Below, piece after piece: positions 48,146-58,396 of a DNA stretch of 64,000 nucleotides. The stretch spans positions 112,534 through 176,533 of the IMG/VR virus record IMGVR_UViG_3300037245_001077; one strand, written 5' to 3'. Positions within the stretch are counted from its first letter, which is position 1. Every line of letters begins with the position of its first letter. The notes under the pieces were generated by a model. That model had not been told where the DNA came from, made no database searches, and saw nothing but the letters and a program-made list of their open reading frames with translations. The position numbers and the translations under genes were made by a program. The DNA is from a virus.

Positions 48146-50379
48146 CCGAGGCTAAGCCCCGTTCTGCGTACAAGCAGCAGTATAAGCACCAGTACGTAGG
48201 GAAGGAAGAGCCTAATGTGGGTCGCCGTACCCGCTTTGGGCCAGATGTCTTTTGGGCTAGAAAAGTAGAACAGATATTCTACGATGCAAGAACTCCTCAC
48301 CAATACCGAGCAAGGATTATGCATCTACTGCGTACTCTAGAGAAGGTAAAGGGACCGGAGTACATGCGTAGGCTCTCTGACGCTACCCTCTATGACCTAG
48401 TGAAGACTTTTGGTAAGCGGTTCGAACTCCAGCGACACATGGACCAGACCAGACTAGGCCAACCAGGAACCTCTGGAGCACATAAAGATCCTGGGTTGCA
48501 GCCTTGGCACCCGGATGCTTCTTTCCAAGCAGGACTCAATTTAGCGCACGAGACGCCCCATAGACTGACCGCAGCCGAGATGGAGGGCCACTACCACCCA
48601 GACGTGCAGAAGATGTACAGGGCGGTACGTAAGGACAAAGCAGGGCACATGCGGGATGGTGCTGTGGTTTGGGACTCCGAAGACAGACCTTACTATGTTT
48701 TTGTTCGGCTGTACAAGGGTACTCCTGGTGATGTTCTTGCTCGTGCTGATGGTTCTAGGGAGTATGAGGTTGTCCTTCCTGTTACAATGGATTTCCGATC
48801 AGGTAGAACTATTTCGGAAACCGATTGGAAAATGTACCATAAAGGACGGGGCCTAAAGGACACAGATTTTCGTCGGGTAATGCGTAAAGCCCACACAATG
48901 AGCGTGCTACAGAAGGTAACTGCCCCGAACTTTGAAGACATCATCTTGCCCTTACAGACAAAGGCTTGGAAGAGGGCAAGTGTATTCTGGCATTGGTGGG
49001 GGCTATACCAAGATAGCCTGAAAAACATAGAAGATCTAGAACACAAAGCGATTAGTGGGATGCTGTCTCCCGAAGAACAAAAGCAACTTCAAGCAGGTCA
49101 TTTAGTACATGATATCCGCAGGGATATCCTTCTCGGTAAGATGCCACAAGCGGGACACCCTGACGAAACAGAGATGCGAAAATGGCACATCTCTAAACAG
49201 CTCATGGGTGAAAGTTACACGTGGTATCTGTGGCTTCTGGTTTCAGAGCAAGAGTATGGTATCCGTGTTGCCGAACGGAAAGCGATGTACCCACAGTACT
49301 CTTCAGACCCTTCAGAGTTGAAGGGCGAGAAACCTTTCTGGGCTATCCGACTTAAGAAAAAAGAAGGCGGGGAACGTAAGTGGGATAAGGAACTCGTTAA
49401 AGGACTAGGTTACCCTGGAGCAACAGGGTGGGGTGACTTTATCTTAGATCTAACATCCTCAAGCTACAGAGGAGCCGATAGTGAGGGTGAGCGCCAAAGA
49501 ATCTGGGTGCCTGTAGTTTCCGTAGCAAAATTAAAGCGTTGGGGAATGAAGTTTCATCATGTAAATATCACTGATTACCTTAACCTTGCACGCAGTATGG
49601 GAGGGGTACAAAAAAGCACTGGTCCTCTTGCAGGTAAAATAGGAGGCAAGCTTGATGTACATAAGCTGGAAAATATTCCACAGTATGTCTTTATTCCACC
49701 AGGAGGAGCACGAAAGCTGGCATTGGTTCCAGCTCTAGGGTACCTTCAGAAGTTTGATTCCCCCACACACGGGGGAGAACGTTTAATACATGGGAGACAC
49801 GATTTTGAACCTCCTACATTTAATGCAGCGCGTGGGGGCAAGCTTCCGGACAAACCGCAAAGAGGAAAGTATAGCTTCTCACACGAGTTGGACCGAGCGC
49901 ATAGCCCGATTACCGATAAGACTAGAGCAAGAGCAGCAAGTAGACGAGCAAAGAAATTTGTCCTCACTGGACGTTCTACTGTTCGATATGATCCTCAAGC
50001 AAAACATAGCGAGAAGTTACGCCAGGATCTTATTCTGGCGGATAAGCTTGTTCGTCAACGGAAAATTGACCGAACAAAAAAGGTACGAACTAAAAGGAAA
50101 ACGCGGCTTAGTAGGCAAAAAATTGCTCTCGATAAAAAAAAGGCACAGGTGTGGCGGAGTCAATATCACCTGCAACAAAATGCTCTTAAACGTAAACTGC
50201 CAGGAGTTCGCTCAGAATTGCGGCCTTCAGCTCGTTTCGATATTGATAAACGAATTCGTAGAATGGAAATGTTGGCTAGGAGATCGGGCAGAATTGTTAG
50301 AACGGGGAAGCATAAAGTACGGTTCAAATCCCGCACGATTACTCCCCGATTCAAGATGAGTAAGCAAAAGGGTACCTAA
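48127..50379 (+). CDS. Basic hypothetical protein (750 aa), N-terminus MDLHVLTE
   Basis: Long ORF with a very basic C-terminus; GTG start overlaps the previous gene by 19 nt, so the start is uncertain. Confidence 0.75.
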   Translation: MDLHVLTEAKPRSAYKQQYKHQYVGKEEPNVGRRTRFGPDVFWARKVEQIFYDARTPHQYRARIMHLLRTLEKVKGPEYMRRLSDATLYDLVKTFGKRFELQRHMDQTRLGQPGTSGAHKDPGLQPWHPDASFQAGLNLAHETPHRLTAAEMEGHYHPDVQKMYRAVRKDKAGHMRDGAVVWDSEDRPYYVFVRLYKGTPGDVLARADGSREYEVVLPVTMDFRSGRTISETDWKMYHKGRGLKDTDFRRVMRKAHTMSVLQKVTAPNFEDIILPLQTKAWKRASVFWHWWGLYQDSLKNIEDLEHKAISGMLSPEEQKQLQAGHLVHDIRRDILLGKMPQAGHPDETEMRKWHISKQLMGESYTWYLWLLVSEQEYGIRVAERKAMYPQYSSDPSELKGEKPFWAIRLKKKEGGERKWDKELVKGLGYPGATGWGDFILDLTSSSYRGADSEGERQRIWVPVVSVAKLKRWGMKFHHVNITDYLNLARSMGGVQKSTGPLAGKIGGKLDVHKLENIPQYVFIPPGGARKLALVPALGYLQKFDSPTHGGERLIHGRHDFEPPTFNAARGGKLPDKPQRGKYSFSHELDRAHSPITDKTRARAASRRAKKFVLTGRSTVRYDPQAKHSEKLRQDLILADKLVRQRKIDRTKKVRTKRKTRLSRQKIALDKKKAQVWRSQYHLQQNALKRKLPGVRSELRPSARFDIDKRIRRMEMLARRSGRIVRTGKHKVRFKSRTITPRFKMSKQKGT

Positions 50380-50413
50380 TAATGATCTATTGTAAGAGAG
50401 ACCGGGGGCACTA

Positions 50414-53400
50414 ATGGCTTTGATCAAACCAGTAATTTCAACCGTGGGCTACGGCCCAGGTAATGGTCTAGAGTTATTTGTTTCTACAGATATCTACCGT
50501 TACGATGTTGATAACCGTCCGTTAGAGAATTTTGCAGACAATGATGTGGCTCTAAAAGAGGGCATTGATACCTTGGTTGACGAGGTTGAGCTTGCTTACA
50601 CCGGTAAGCTATGGCCCGATGGAGCAGAGAATACCTACACAGCATTGGATCCTCGACTGGACAACATGGATCTCTTCTTACGAGAGTTGTTTGATATTCG
50701 TAACGTTCAGTTCTCTAGCTTTATCCAGAACTCTAACTTCTTAAGAGAGCGGTACACTAGCGGGTTCATGAATGGTCCTTACCCGGATCAGTTCATCCGT
50801 TCAAACTTCTCTATGGAGAACAACGAGGCTATGCCTTCTCCCTTTGGTGGTTTCTATACCGCAGAAAAGGCTAGTACTACTTTAGATGATAACGTACCTG
50901 ACGAGATAGCTACTCGTCAAGTTGCTATGGAAACTCGTATCGAGCAAGATGGTACTATTGGTTGGGCTGCTGTTCGTAAGCCCCTCTATGTACATATGAA
51001 CGGGTATATCCTTCCGCTCATGAATGCAGCCGGTGGGACATACGATGTAGATGAGACCATAGACAGTTATAACAGTGCGGGCACCTTCGGTCCAGTTATG
51101 ATTAACTTCCCACCTTCTCCAGTTAGCGGATATCGTTTTGACTTTGCCTTTCTAGAGATGTGGTTACAGGAAATTGTACCTGGAGTTGATTGGTTCTACC
51201 CTTATGGTTCTCGTGATTGGGCAGATTGGGGCCAAAACAACCTATTTACAACTGCTGCTTCTGCGTCTGATTACTCTGGTCAACTTACAGATAGACGTGA
51301 TGGGCTTAAAAAAGGTGAAGGGGTTGATTGGGAGTTCTATGTTATTGTACGTGATACTCCTGCTGGTACAGGCGATTGGGTAGATTGGAAATCTGATACT
51401 CGCCACGCTGAGGGTAATGGTGCCGGGGCCATCGTAGACGTTGGTCCTAGTGGCTACGGAATCACAGGAACTATTAACTACGATACTATGGAGTGGACGA
51501 TTAATTTCGCTACTCCTCCTGCTGATGGAAAATATATAGTTGCAGGTACACGTACCAAGGGAGTCGAAGACCCTGACAATGAGTTAGTACGTGGTACTAT
51601 TAGTTTCTTGCCCAATGGTAACTATCTACAGATTCAACACCGCATTCGTGTGGTTCCTGGTGTGGATTATGAAACCTATGCTGATTGGTTCTCTGACCCC
51701 ACAGTGTTAGGACGTGCAGGAAAAGATCCGGGTGGAGTGGCTACTTACACCTTCCGTAACTCTCTAAACGATTTTCACGATGGGTCTATGTGGCACGTAG
51801 GCGATGGTTCAACCACTTCTAAGGCTGACCTTGATACTTTTGATGGTTACACTTACGCAATTCCTATGTGTGCTTGGGCACGGTTTAACAGCTCAACCTG
51901 GAGCTACGCTAATCAGAACGGTGGTGTGGATCGTCCTGATGGTCTGAGTCACAGCACCGTAGACGAAAAACAACTCTTAGATCTTCGTCCAGTTGTACTA
52001 GCTGAACGTTATGACATGAATGCTGCGGCAGAGAACACGCTTGAACGAATCATGCGTGGAGACCACCACAGTATCTTTGGTGAAGCTATCACGGACTATG
52101 AGGACACCGGAGATCCTAATGACCTACTAGGCCAAGGAACTTGGGGCACACAAGTCCCTGAGCTTTGGAGAGTGTACCAGTACAGTGGTTTAGCTCTAGA
52201 TCCAGACATAAATACTGTTAGAGATATTGGTTTGGCTACTAGTGCAGACTACAACGAAGTAGATTTCTCTGCTCCTAGAGCATGGCATGATGGTATCCGT
52301 CAAATTTACTCACCTCAGGAAGAAGTACAGCAGGTTCCGATTAACATCTCAGATGTAACTGCTTCGAACGATGCACTTCCTGCTCCTTTCTGCACCTATG
52401 CTTTTGCTACTAAGACTATTACGCTGACCACCGATGATGCTACTCTGTCTGGTTACTCTGCAACAGCAGGTGAAGGTGCTCTAGTAAATGATACCTACCC
52501 CAGATTGTTCTGGCGTGGTAGCCGTCAACCTGTGATCCTTTCGACTATTTGGTCGGGGTTGGGTTCCAACACGGCAACAGCAGTTATTGACACCACAGCA
52601 TTAACCTACGAAACCAATGGTACTATCGACGGATTCGCTGATATTCTTTACCCAGAGAGCACAGGTATTGCACGTCCGGTTAAAGAAATTGACCACGTAG
52701 AGTTTCATGATGGTGTCAACAACTATGTGACTCAGGTTGCAGGTAACGAGGATGGTTCCCCAGACACTCCAGATATTGTGGACTGGAAGTTGAATCTGCT
52801 TTCTCCTCTAGAACCTGGGTACAACCTGCCTAATGGTATTTGCACCAACGTAGCTGGTACTCATATTTTCATATGTGATAGTGCTAACAGCCGGGTAGTG
52901 AAGCTCTTAGCTTCTGACCTATCTTTCGTGGCACAGTGGCCAACATTGGCTAATTACCCAGTAGACTTCTCTGATTTCACTGAGGCTACGGACCTCAAGT
53001 ACCCGGTAGATGTAGCTGTAGACAGCTCAGATAACGTTTATGTCGTTGATCGTGACGACCACCGAATGGTGAAGCTGAACTCTACTCTGACCGCTAAGCT
53101 GGCAGACTTCGGTACCTCTGGTGTTCCAACTAACGATCCTGATGACACCACAGAGTTGAATTCTCCTGAGGGTGTCACGGTTGATAGTGCGAACAACGTT
53201 TTCATTGCCGATACAGGATTGTACCGGCTAGTCAAACTTAACTCTGGTCTAACGTACCAAACTCACCTCGGAGATGGGTTCTCTGGAGCGGGTAAAGATC
53301 AGTTCATCACTCCTATGGGTCTCGATGTAGGCAACCTCGGTGGTGATGATTATGTGTACGTAGCCGACCAGAACCGAGTTGTACAGGTTGACGCTACTCA

Positions 53401-55546
53401 AATGACTGTTGAAAATATTCTTGGGTCTGTTAACACTAGTACTTCTCAGTTGTTCTATCGTCTTACGTATAGCTTCTGGGGTTTTGCTGAAGATGAAAAC
53501 GGAAATAAGTATGCGGTCAACAGTGATCGTAAAATCCTGTACAAGTTCGATAGCTCATGGAACCTGCTTGCTTCCTTCGGTGAGGACGGTGTTCCTGGCT
53601 GGAGAGACCCAGGTACTGCCGCAGATGTTACTAAGCAGAAGCATTTTCAGTATGTCTATGATCTTATTTATGACAGTGAAGCTAGTCTTCTCTACGTAGC
53701 AGATAACAGTCATATTGAGAGCGACCGTGGTCGTATCTTTGTTTTCAATTTGAACCTTGAAGTTCAGGATATTCTGTACCTTAATAATGACAAAGGGGTT
53801 GCTGGACTAGCTTTTGTTCAAGATCTTAGTACTAACGCTAAATTGTATCTTGGTGATAGCAAAGGTGTTACCAAATATGCTCTACCTGCACCAGGAAGCC
53901 GTAATAATACTTCTCTTTGGTCTGTAGATTGGGTGTTGGACAAAACTACTGCTGGGTTTACCGGAGCGGATCAGCTTCGTCATTTGTGGGACATTGAAGT
54001 TACAGCAGATGGTTCCCTGCTCTTTGTCGGGGATGTAATGCGAGCCGAAGTCATTAAGATTAACCCAACAGGCGGAACCCCTACCCAGGTTGGTTCTCGT
54101 ACAAGCGTAGGGTACTGGTGGAAGGCTCCTAACAACCCACCGAGTAAGGGTGGGTGTCCGTTCGCACTACAGCTCACACCAGACGAAACAGAGCTTTGGG
54201 TATCAGGTGGTAACGATGTAGGGTATGACTACCCACACATCCGTGTAATCACAGTGTCAGATATGTCTCTTAGCGAGCGTCTTATCGACACCCAAAACTG
54301 GATTGAGGATGACGTTCCTTATGGAATACGTTACAACAATGATGCGAGTAAATTGTATCTGTTCATGGATGAACAAGTACTCATCTATGATGTTAACGGT
54401 TCTTCACCATGGTTTAACGTGTCGGGTACAGACCCAGGAGATCTAGCGGGTAGCTTTGACTATAACCTCCATGATCTACCTGTGAGTATTGATCTTACCC
54501 TGCCGATTCCTTGGGCGAATTGTCGTGCTGTACACGCTAAGGATGATGTTCTTTACACGGCTGATCCTGCTTCTAATACCTTGACGGCTGTCAACATGGA
54601 CAGCTTGCGGGTACTAGGTGTTGTGAACAGTCCCGCTATGGTAGGACAAGGTAAGGCTTCTACGGCTGGCCCAGGTGGAGTGGCTGTTATCGGTCAAGAG
54701 ATCTTTTTCTCAGATACTTTTAACAATCGGGTAGTAAAAGGCTACCGTCGCTTCCCAAGTGTGGAGCGCGGAACTGGAAGACTTCAGTATCTGATTGCTC
54801 CACCGTCTACGATGACTGTAACCATGCAGGCTCGTTACACACCGTATCAGGGACAGTGGAATACAGTTAGCACAGGGCCTGTGTATGGTAGGCATTTTGT
54901 AACTGATAGTAATTTGATGTACGTTACTACTATGGGTAGAGGAACACCAACCGTGGTTTCTCCTTCAAGTGGTACAAGTTTCTACTCAAATATGATTAGT
55001 CATCTACCTACACCAATGGATGTTCCATCCAAGGCTCCTGAAGGCAATGTCTCTTGCCGTATAACAGATGAGTATCTGTTTGCTCCAGAGCTGTTACCAC
55101 TTAGTGATGGTAAGGGTACTAGTCCCTTCTTGCGTCTACCTGTATTGAATCGTTATCCTTCTTCTGCTCAGCAGATTTCACCGTGGTACGGTGGAGGATC
55201 TCGCTTTGATTTCAACAGGTTCTTCTTCCTTCAAGGACCGGGTAGAGGACATGCTGTAAACACAGCAGGTGCTCCTATTGAAGCGCCTAACATATTTACC
55301 CCGCGTGGTTTTGTAACCATGGGCGTGTTCCCTGGTTTTGATACACTGGAAACTTTCTCATTGACAGCCCTTTCTATCCCGAGACTCGTGTTCTCTACGA
55401 TGGTTGTAGAACTTGAGGGAGAAGGCTACTTGCTTATCTATTCTTCTTATTCTTCAACGGAAGAAAATATTATTAACGATGGATCTCCTATCGTAGCTGA
55501 CGTGTTCAAGCTCTATGGGAATCCTGGTATTAAGACGAGGTACTAA
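50414..55546 (+). CDS. Large virion protein (1710 aa) with NHL beta-propeller repeats
   Basis: N-terminal Y.VDNRPL.N..D.D; LKYPVDVAVDSSDNVYVVD...HRMVKL-type repeats over 52826-54742. Confidence 0.88.
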   Translation: MALIKPVISTVGYGPGNGLELFVSTDIYRYDVDNRPLENFADNDVALKEGIDTLVDEVELAYTGKLWPDGAENTYTALDPRLDNMDLFLRELFDIRNVQFSSFIQNSNFLRERYTSGFMNGPYPDQFIRSNFSMENNEAMPSPFGGFYTAEKASTTLDDNVPDEIATRQVAMETRIEQDGTIGWAAVRKPLYVHMNGYILPLMNAAGGTYDVDETIDSYNSAGTFGPVMINFPPSPVSGYRFDFAFLEMWLQEIVPGVDWFYPYGSRDWADWGQNNLFTTAASASDYSGQLTDRRDGLKKGEGVDWEFYVIVRDTPAGTGDWVDWKSDTRHAEGNGAGAIVDVGPSGYGITGTINYDTMEWTINFATPPADGKYIVAGTRTKGVEDPDNELVRGTISFLPNGNYLQIQHRIRVVPGVDYETYADWFSDPTVLGRAGKDPGGVATYTFRNSLNDFHDGSMWHVGDGSTTSKADLDTFDGYTYAIPMCAWARFNSSTWSYANQNGGVDRPDGLSHSTVDEKQLLDLRPVVLAERYDMNAAAENTLERIMRGDHHSIFGEAITDYEDTGDPNDLLGQGTWGTQVPELWRVYQYSGLALDPDINTVRDIGLATSADYNEVDFSAPRAWHDGIRQIYSPQEEVQQVPINISDVTASNDALPAPFCTYAFATKTITLTTDDATLSGYSATAGEGALVNDTYPRLFWRGSRQPVILSTIWSGLGSNTATAVIDTTALTYETNGTIDGFADILYPESTGIARPVKEIDHVEFHDGVNNYVTQVAGNEDGSPDTPDIVDWKLNLLSPLEPGYNLPNGICTNVAGTHIFICDSANSRVVKLLASDLSFVAQWPTLANYPVDFSDFTEATDLKYPVDVAVDSSDNVYVVDRDDHRMVKLNSTLTAKLADFGTSGVPTNDPDDTTELNSPEGVTVDSANNVFIADTGLYRLVKLNSGLTYQTHLGDGFSGAGKDQFITPMGLDVGNLGGDDYVYVADQNRVVQVDATQMTVENILGSVNTSTSQLFYRLTYSFWGFAEDENGNKYAVNSDRKILYKFDSSWNLLASFGEDGVPGWRDPGTAADVTKQKHFQYVYDLIYDSEASLLYVADNSHIESDRGRIFVFNLNLEVQDILYLNNDKGVAGLAFVQDLSTNAKLYLGDSKGVTKYALPAPGSRNNTSLWSVDWVLDKTTAGFTGADQLRHLWDIEVTADGSLLFVGDVMRAEVIKINPTGGTPTQVGSRTSVGYWWKAPNNPPSKGGCPFALQLTPDETELWVSGGNDVGYDYPHIRVITVSDMSLSERLIDTQNWIEDDVPYGIRYNNDASKLYLFMDEQVLIYDVNGSSPWFNVSGTDPGDLAGSFDYNLHDLPVSIDLTLPIPWANCRAVHAKDDVLYTADPASNTLTAVNMDSLRVLGVVNSPAMVGQGKASTAGPGGVAVIGQEIFFSDTFNNRVVKGYRRFPSVERGTGRLQYLIAPPSTMTVTMQARYTPYQGQWNTVSTGPVYGRHFVTDSNLMYVTTMGRGTPTVVSPSSGTSFYSNMISHLPTPMDVPSKAPEGNVSCRITDEYLFAPELLPLSDGKGTSPFLRLPVLNRYPSSAQQISPWYGGGSRFDFNRFFFLQGPGRGHAVNTAGAPIEAPNIFTPRGFVTMGVFPGFDTLETFSLTALSIPRLVFSTMVVELEGEGYLLIYSSYSSTEENIINDGSPIVADVFKLYGNPGIKTRY

Positions 55547-55547
55547 T

Positions 55548-56429
55548 ATGCCCTTTGCTATTTATTCAAAACGTACCGGGATTATTAACCGCATCATAGA
55601 AGATCTTGATAGCTTGCTACCAAGTGAAGCTATGCTTGAGGTAGATGACGAGATCAACTACCCCCGAGGATTTAAGTCTCCTATTGAGGGGCAAGATCAA
55701 AACTCTTCGGGCTTTCCGCTATTTGACAACGCGGGTAATGCTATCCCGACGATTAACCCTACTCGAATAACATACGACACGGATGGTCGTCCAGTGACAA
55801 CTAAGAACAGCCCCATTTATGTAGCTCCTACTGTTCCTGGTGGTGCGCGTAAAACTGCGTGGGTTGACATTCCTATCACTAGCCATCCTTTTGTGTGGAC
55901 GGTGAGGGATCTTGCTGGTCTTAAATATGAAAGTATTCTTGCTCAGAACTACCCCTATCAAGTAGTAATTGGGGAGGAGTATATTGACGAAGATCATATT
56001 GATACGGGTAATTCTTCGGGGTATGTGCTAACTGAAGGTAGGTGCGTGTTACAGCCAGGTGGGGTACTTCAAAGCAAGGAGTTCAAGTTCTTCGTCACCA
56101 GTCAAGGTGTCGTTGATCCAGAGACAGACACGAGTGGTGAAGATGCTCGTACTTATATCTTTGATACCTACTACCTAGATGTAGAACCAGATCCTCCTTT
56201 CGGGATTGATGTTTCTTGGGATGGGAAGAAGTGGACTGGGGATACGTGGACAACTTTCCGTGATGCCGTTCTTGACGAAGAGATGCCTACTACATTAACA
56301 GGCGGGTCAGAGACAACAGCTACCCTCTTACGTGGAATTCGTTTGAGGTTTCAGAATCACACGTCTGAACCTTTCGGTATTGAAAACTTTATTATGTTTC
56401 TTCGTATCAGAAGACTCCCGCCAGTTTAG
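55548..56429 (+). CDS. Hypothetical virion-region protein
   Basis: SD GAGG before ATG 55548; beta-rich. Confidence 0.7.
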   Translation: MPFAIYSKRTGIINRIIEDLDSLLPSEAMLEVDDEINYPRGFKSPIEGQDQNSSGFPLFDNAGNAIPTINPTRITYDTDGRPVTTKNSPIYVAPTVPGGARKTAWVDIPITSHPFVWTVRDLAGLKYESILAQNYPYQVVIGEEYIDEDHIDTGNSSGYVLTEGRCVLQPGGVLQSKEFKFFVTSQGVVDPETDTSGEDARTYIFDTYYLDVEPDPPFGIDVSWDGKKWTGDTWTTFRDAVLDEEMPTTLTGGSETTATLLRGIRLRFQNHTSEPFGIENFIMFLRIRRLPPV

Positions 56430-56438
56430 GAGGAATGA

Positions 56439-56846
56439 ATGGCTTTTTTTGCTACTACTGAAGACTTACCCTTTGCTCGGGCACAGTGGAATCCAAGAAA
56501 TCGAAACCGGAATACTCCAAAGGATGTGAATCCTCCGGTTCGACCCCCAAAGGCTCCTAAGACAGTTCCTTCAAGAACATCTAGAAGCTGCCGGTCACAG
56601 AAATATGTAAAACGTTTAGTGTATGGGTTTGAACGAATGGTTTGCGTAATATCTTCGGTACCTGCTAGGGTTCCTTATGGATACCAGGGTTTGATTGATA
56701 CTAGTGATCAATTACGTGGAAGAAGAAAACCACGTCGTATTCCTAACGCTGTGCTTAGAGATAGAAAGCCTACTCGACTTACCAGAAGGGGTTACCACAA
56801 GGCTAAAGCTAGTTCTTATGTCCGTGAGAACATTGAGGACAACTAA
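56439..56846 (+). CDS. Arg/Pro-rich basic hypothetical protein
   Basis: SD AGGAGG; very basic; begins MAFFATTE. Confidence 0.7.
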   Translation: MAFFATTEDLPFARAQWNPRNRNRNTPKDVNPPVRPPKAPKTVPSRTSRSCRSQKYVKRLVYGFERMVCVISSVPARVPYGYQGLIDTSDQLRGRRKPRRIPNAVLRDRKPTRLTRRGYHKAKASSYVRENIEDN

Positions 56847-56989
56847 TGGATAACCCTCGTGAAGCTGTGCTAGAAGATGTCCTCGCTCGTATCGCAGAAG
56901 AGCGAGGGATAGAGACATTGGCTCTTGATTGGAAGATCCTAGATGACCTAGTGGAGTCTGGGGAATCCAAAGAAGAGACTACTGAATAA
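56846..56989 (+). CDS. Small acidic protein (47 aa, not in the ORF track)
   Basis: TAATG overlap; MDNPREAVLEDVLARIAEERGIETLALDWKILDDLVESGESKEETTE*. Confidence 0.55.
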   Translation: MDNPREAVLEDVLARIAEERGIETLALDWKILDDLVESGESKEETTE

Positions 56990-57026
56990 GATATTTTCGT
57001 TGTATCTACAACAATAGGAGGTTTCA

Positions 57027-57563
57027 ATGCCAAGATGGTCACATGTGGTGATACACCACTCTCTTACTGCCGACACTCTTCTCCCTAATGCTGTCGCAAT
57101 TCGACGGTTCCATACAAGTTACCGGCAGGGGGGAAACATAATCACTGAGACAGAGTACCAGGATTTACAGGAAGCTGGGGCCTCTAGCCTTGTTCGCCCA
57201 TGGAGAGACATAGGGTACCACTGGTTGATAGAAGAGATGTCTGACCACCGTCCATGGCTACTCCAGGGGCGTTCTATGATGATGCACGGTGCTCATACCC
57301 GAGAACAAGGGATGAACAGGAGAGGGATCGGAGTCTGTGCGGTGGGCAACTTCGATACTGCCCCTCCTCCTGAAGCACTGTTCGAGAAACTAGCCGACTC
57401 AGTAGCGTGGCTCTGTCGAATGTATCGTATCCCGGTGGAGAATGTACATGGGCATAAATTTTATGCGCCGTACAAATCTTGCCCCGGTAACAAATTCGAC
57501 ATGGATTATTTCCGTGAGAGAGTGACGGACTACCTGGAAGTGTGGACCCCTCGCGGCGGGTGA
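57027..57563 (+). CDS. Endolysin, N-acetylmuramoyl-L-alanine amidase (Amidase_2, T7-lysozyme-like)
   Basis: VIHHS, W.DIGYH, GR....GAH, N..GIG.C.VGNF, V.GH, KSCPG. Confidence 0.95.
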   Translation: MPRWSHVVIHHSLTADTLLPNAVAIRRFHTSYRQGGNIITETEYQDLQEAGASSLVRPWRDIGYHWLIEEMSDHRPWLLQGRSMMMHGAHTREQGMNRRGIGVCAVGNFDTAPPPEALFEKLADSVAWLCRMYRIPVENVHGHKFYAPYKSCPGNKFDMDYFRERVTDYLEVWTPRGG

Positions 57564-57564
57564 A

Positions 57565-57864
57565 ATGGAAATTATTGACACTCTCCTCGGTCTTGCACAG
57601 CACATATCTATACGGCATGTGCTTGTTCTAAACCTGTGGGGGTGGACGATAAAATGCCTGTTGAACCATAAGGGGTGGGGTAATTGGACTGATATTGTCC
57701 CGCCTATCCTGGGGGTTAGTGGTATCACGCTGGCCGCCTTGGACCTTGATACTACTCAAGGGCACTTTATTGTGTACGGGCTGGCGAACGCTGGCGCGGC
57801 ATGGTTACTCCACCGGATAGTAAAACCTATTCCTGGGCTAATCAAGCAGATGGGTAAAAAATGA
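57565..57864 (+). CDS. Holin-like membrane protein
   Basis: 99 aa, three hydrophobic segments, basic C-terminus, next to the endolysin. Confidence 0.7.
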   Translation: MEIIDTLLGLAQHISIRHVLVLNLWGWTIKCLLNHKGWGNWTDIVPPILGVSGITLAALDLDTTQGHFIVYGLANAGAAWLLHRIVKPIPGLIKQMGKK

Positions 57865-58370
57865 GTCGAAAAGGACTCGGAATCAGTAAGCTAGAAATAG
57901 TTCTCATGCTCCCAGGCATTCGTAAACGATTTAAGAAAACCATTGACAAAACAGGGGCAGTGGATGTAGGTAATGGGATGCGTACAATTGGGTACGTGTT
58001 CCATAGATTGAGGAGGGCGGCAAGGAAGCCGTACAAAAACGTACTAGAGAACCAGGCAATAGCGTTTGACTCTCTAGCTAACTTATTTGACATAGGAGGT
58101 CAAAAAATGGCTAAGCAATTCGAACTAGGTATTACTATGGCGGAGATTACTGCAATGCTTCCGAGTCTTTTGACTGAGGCATGGGGACACTATGCTGACG
58201 ACAAGAAGCTTACAGTAGACGAGGCTATCAGTCTTGTTTCATCTATTCTCAACAAGATGTCTGATGCCGCAGATGATGGAGATGTATCTGACTTCTTCGC
58301 TGCACAGTCAGCGGCTGCTAATTCTCTCATTCCTTTCTTTGAGGTAGACGAAGAACCGCCCGTTGAATAA
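57861..58370 (+). CDS. Two-repeat helical protein (basic copy plus acidic copy) with an internal start at 58107
   Basis: LGISKLEIVLMLP.. aligns with LGITMAEITAMLP..; AGGAGGT before in-frame ATG 58107. Confidence 0.7.
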   Translation: MSRKGLGISKLEIVLMLPGIRKRFKKTIDKTGAVDVGNGMRTIGYVFHRLRRAARKPYKNVLENQAIAFDSLANLFDIGGQKMAKQFELGITMAEITAMLPSLLTEAWGHYADDKKLTVDEAISLVSSILNKMSDAADDGDVSDFFAAQSAAANSLIPFFEVDEEPPVE

Positions 58371-58396
58371 TCCTTCGGGATAAACTAAAATTTACC

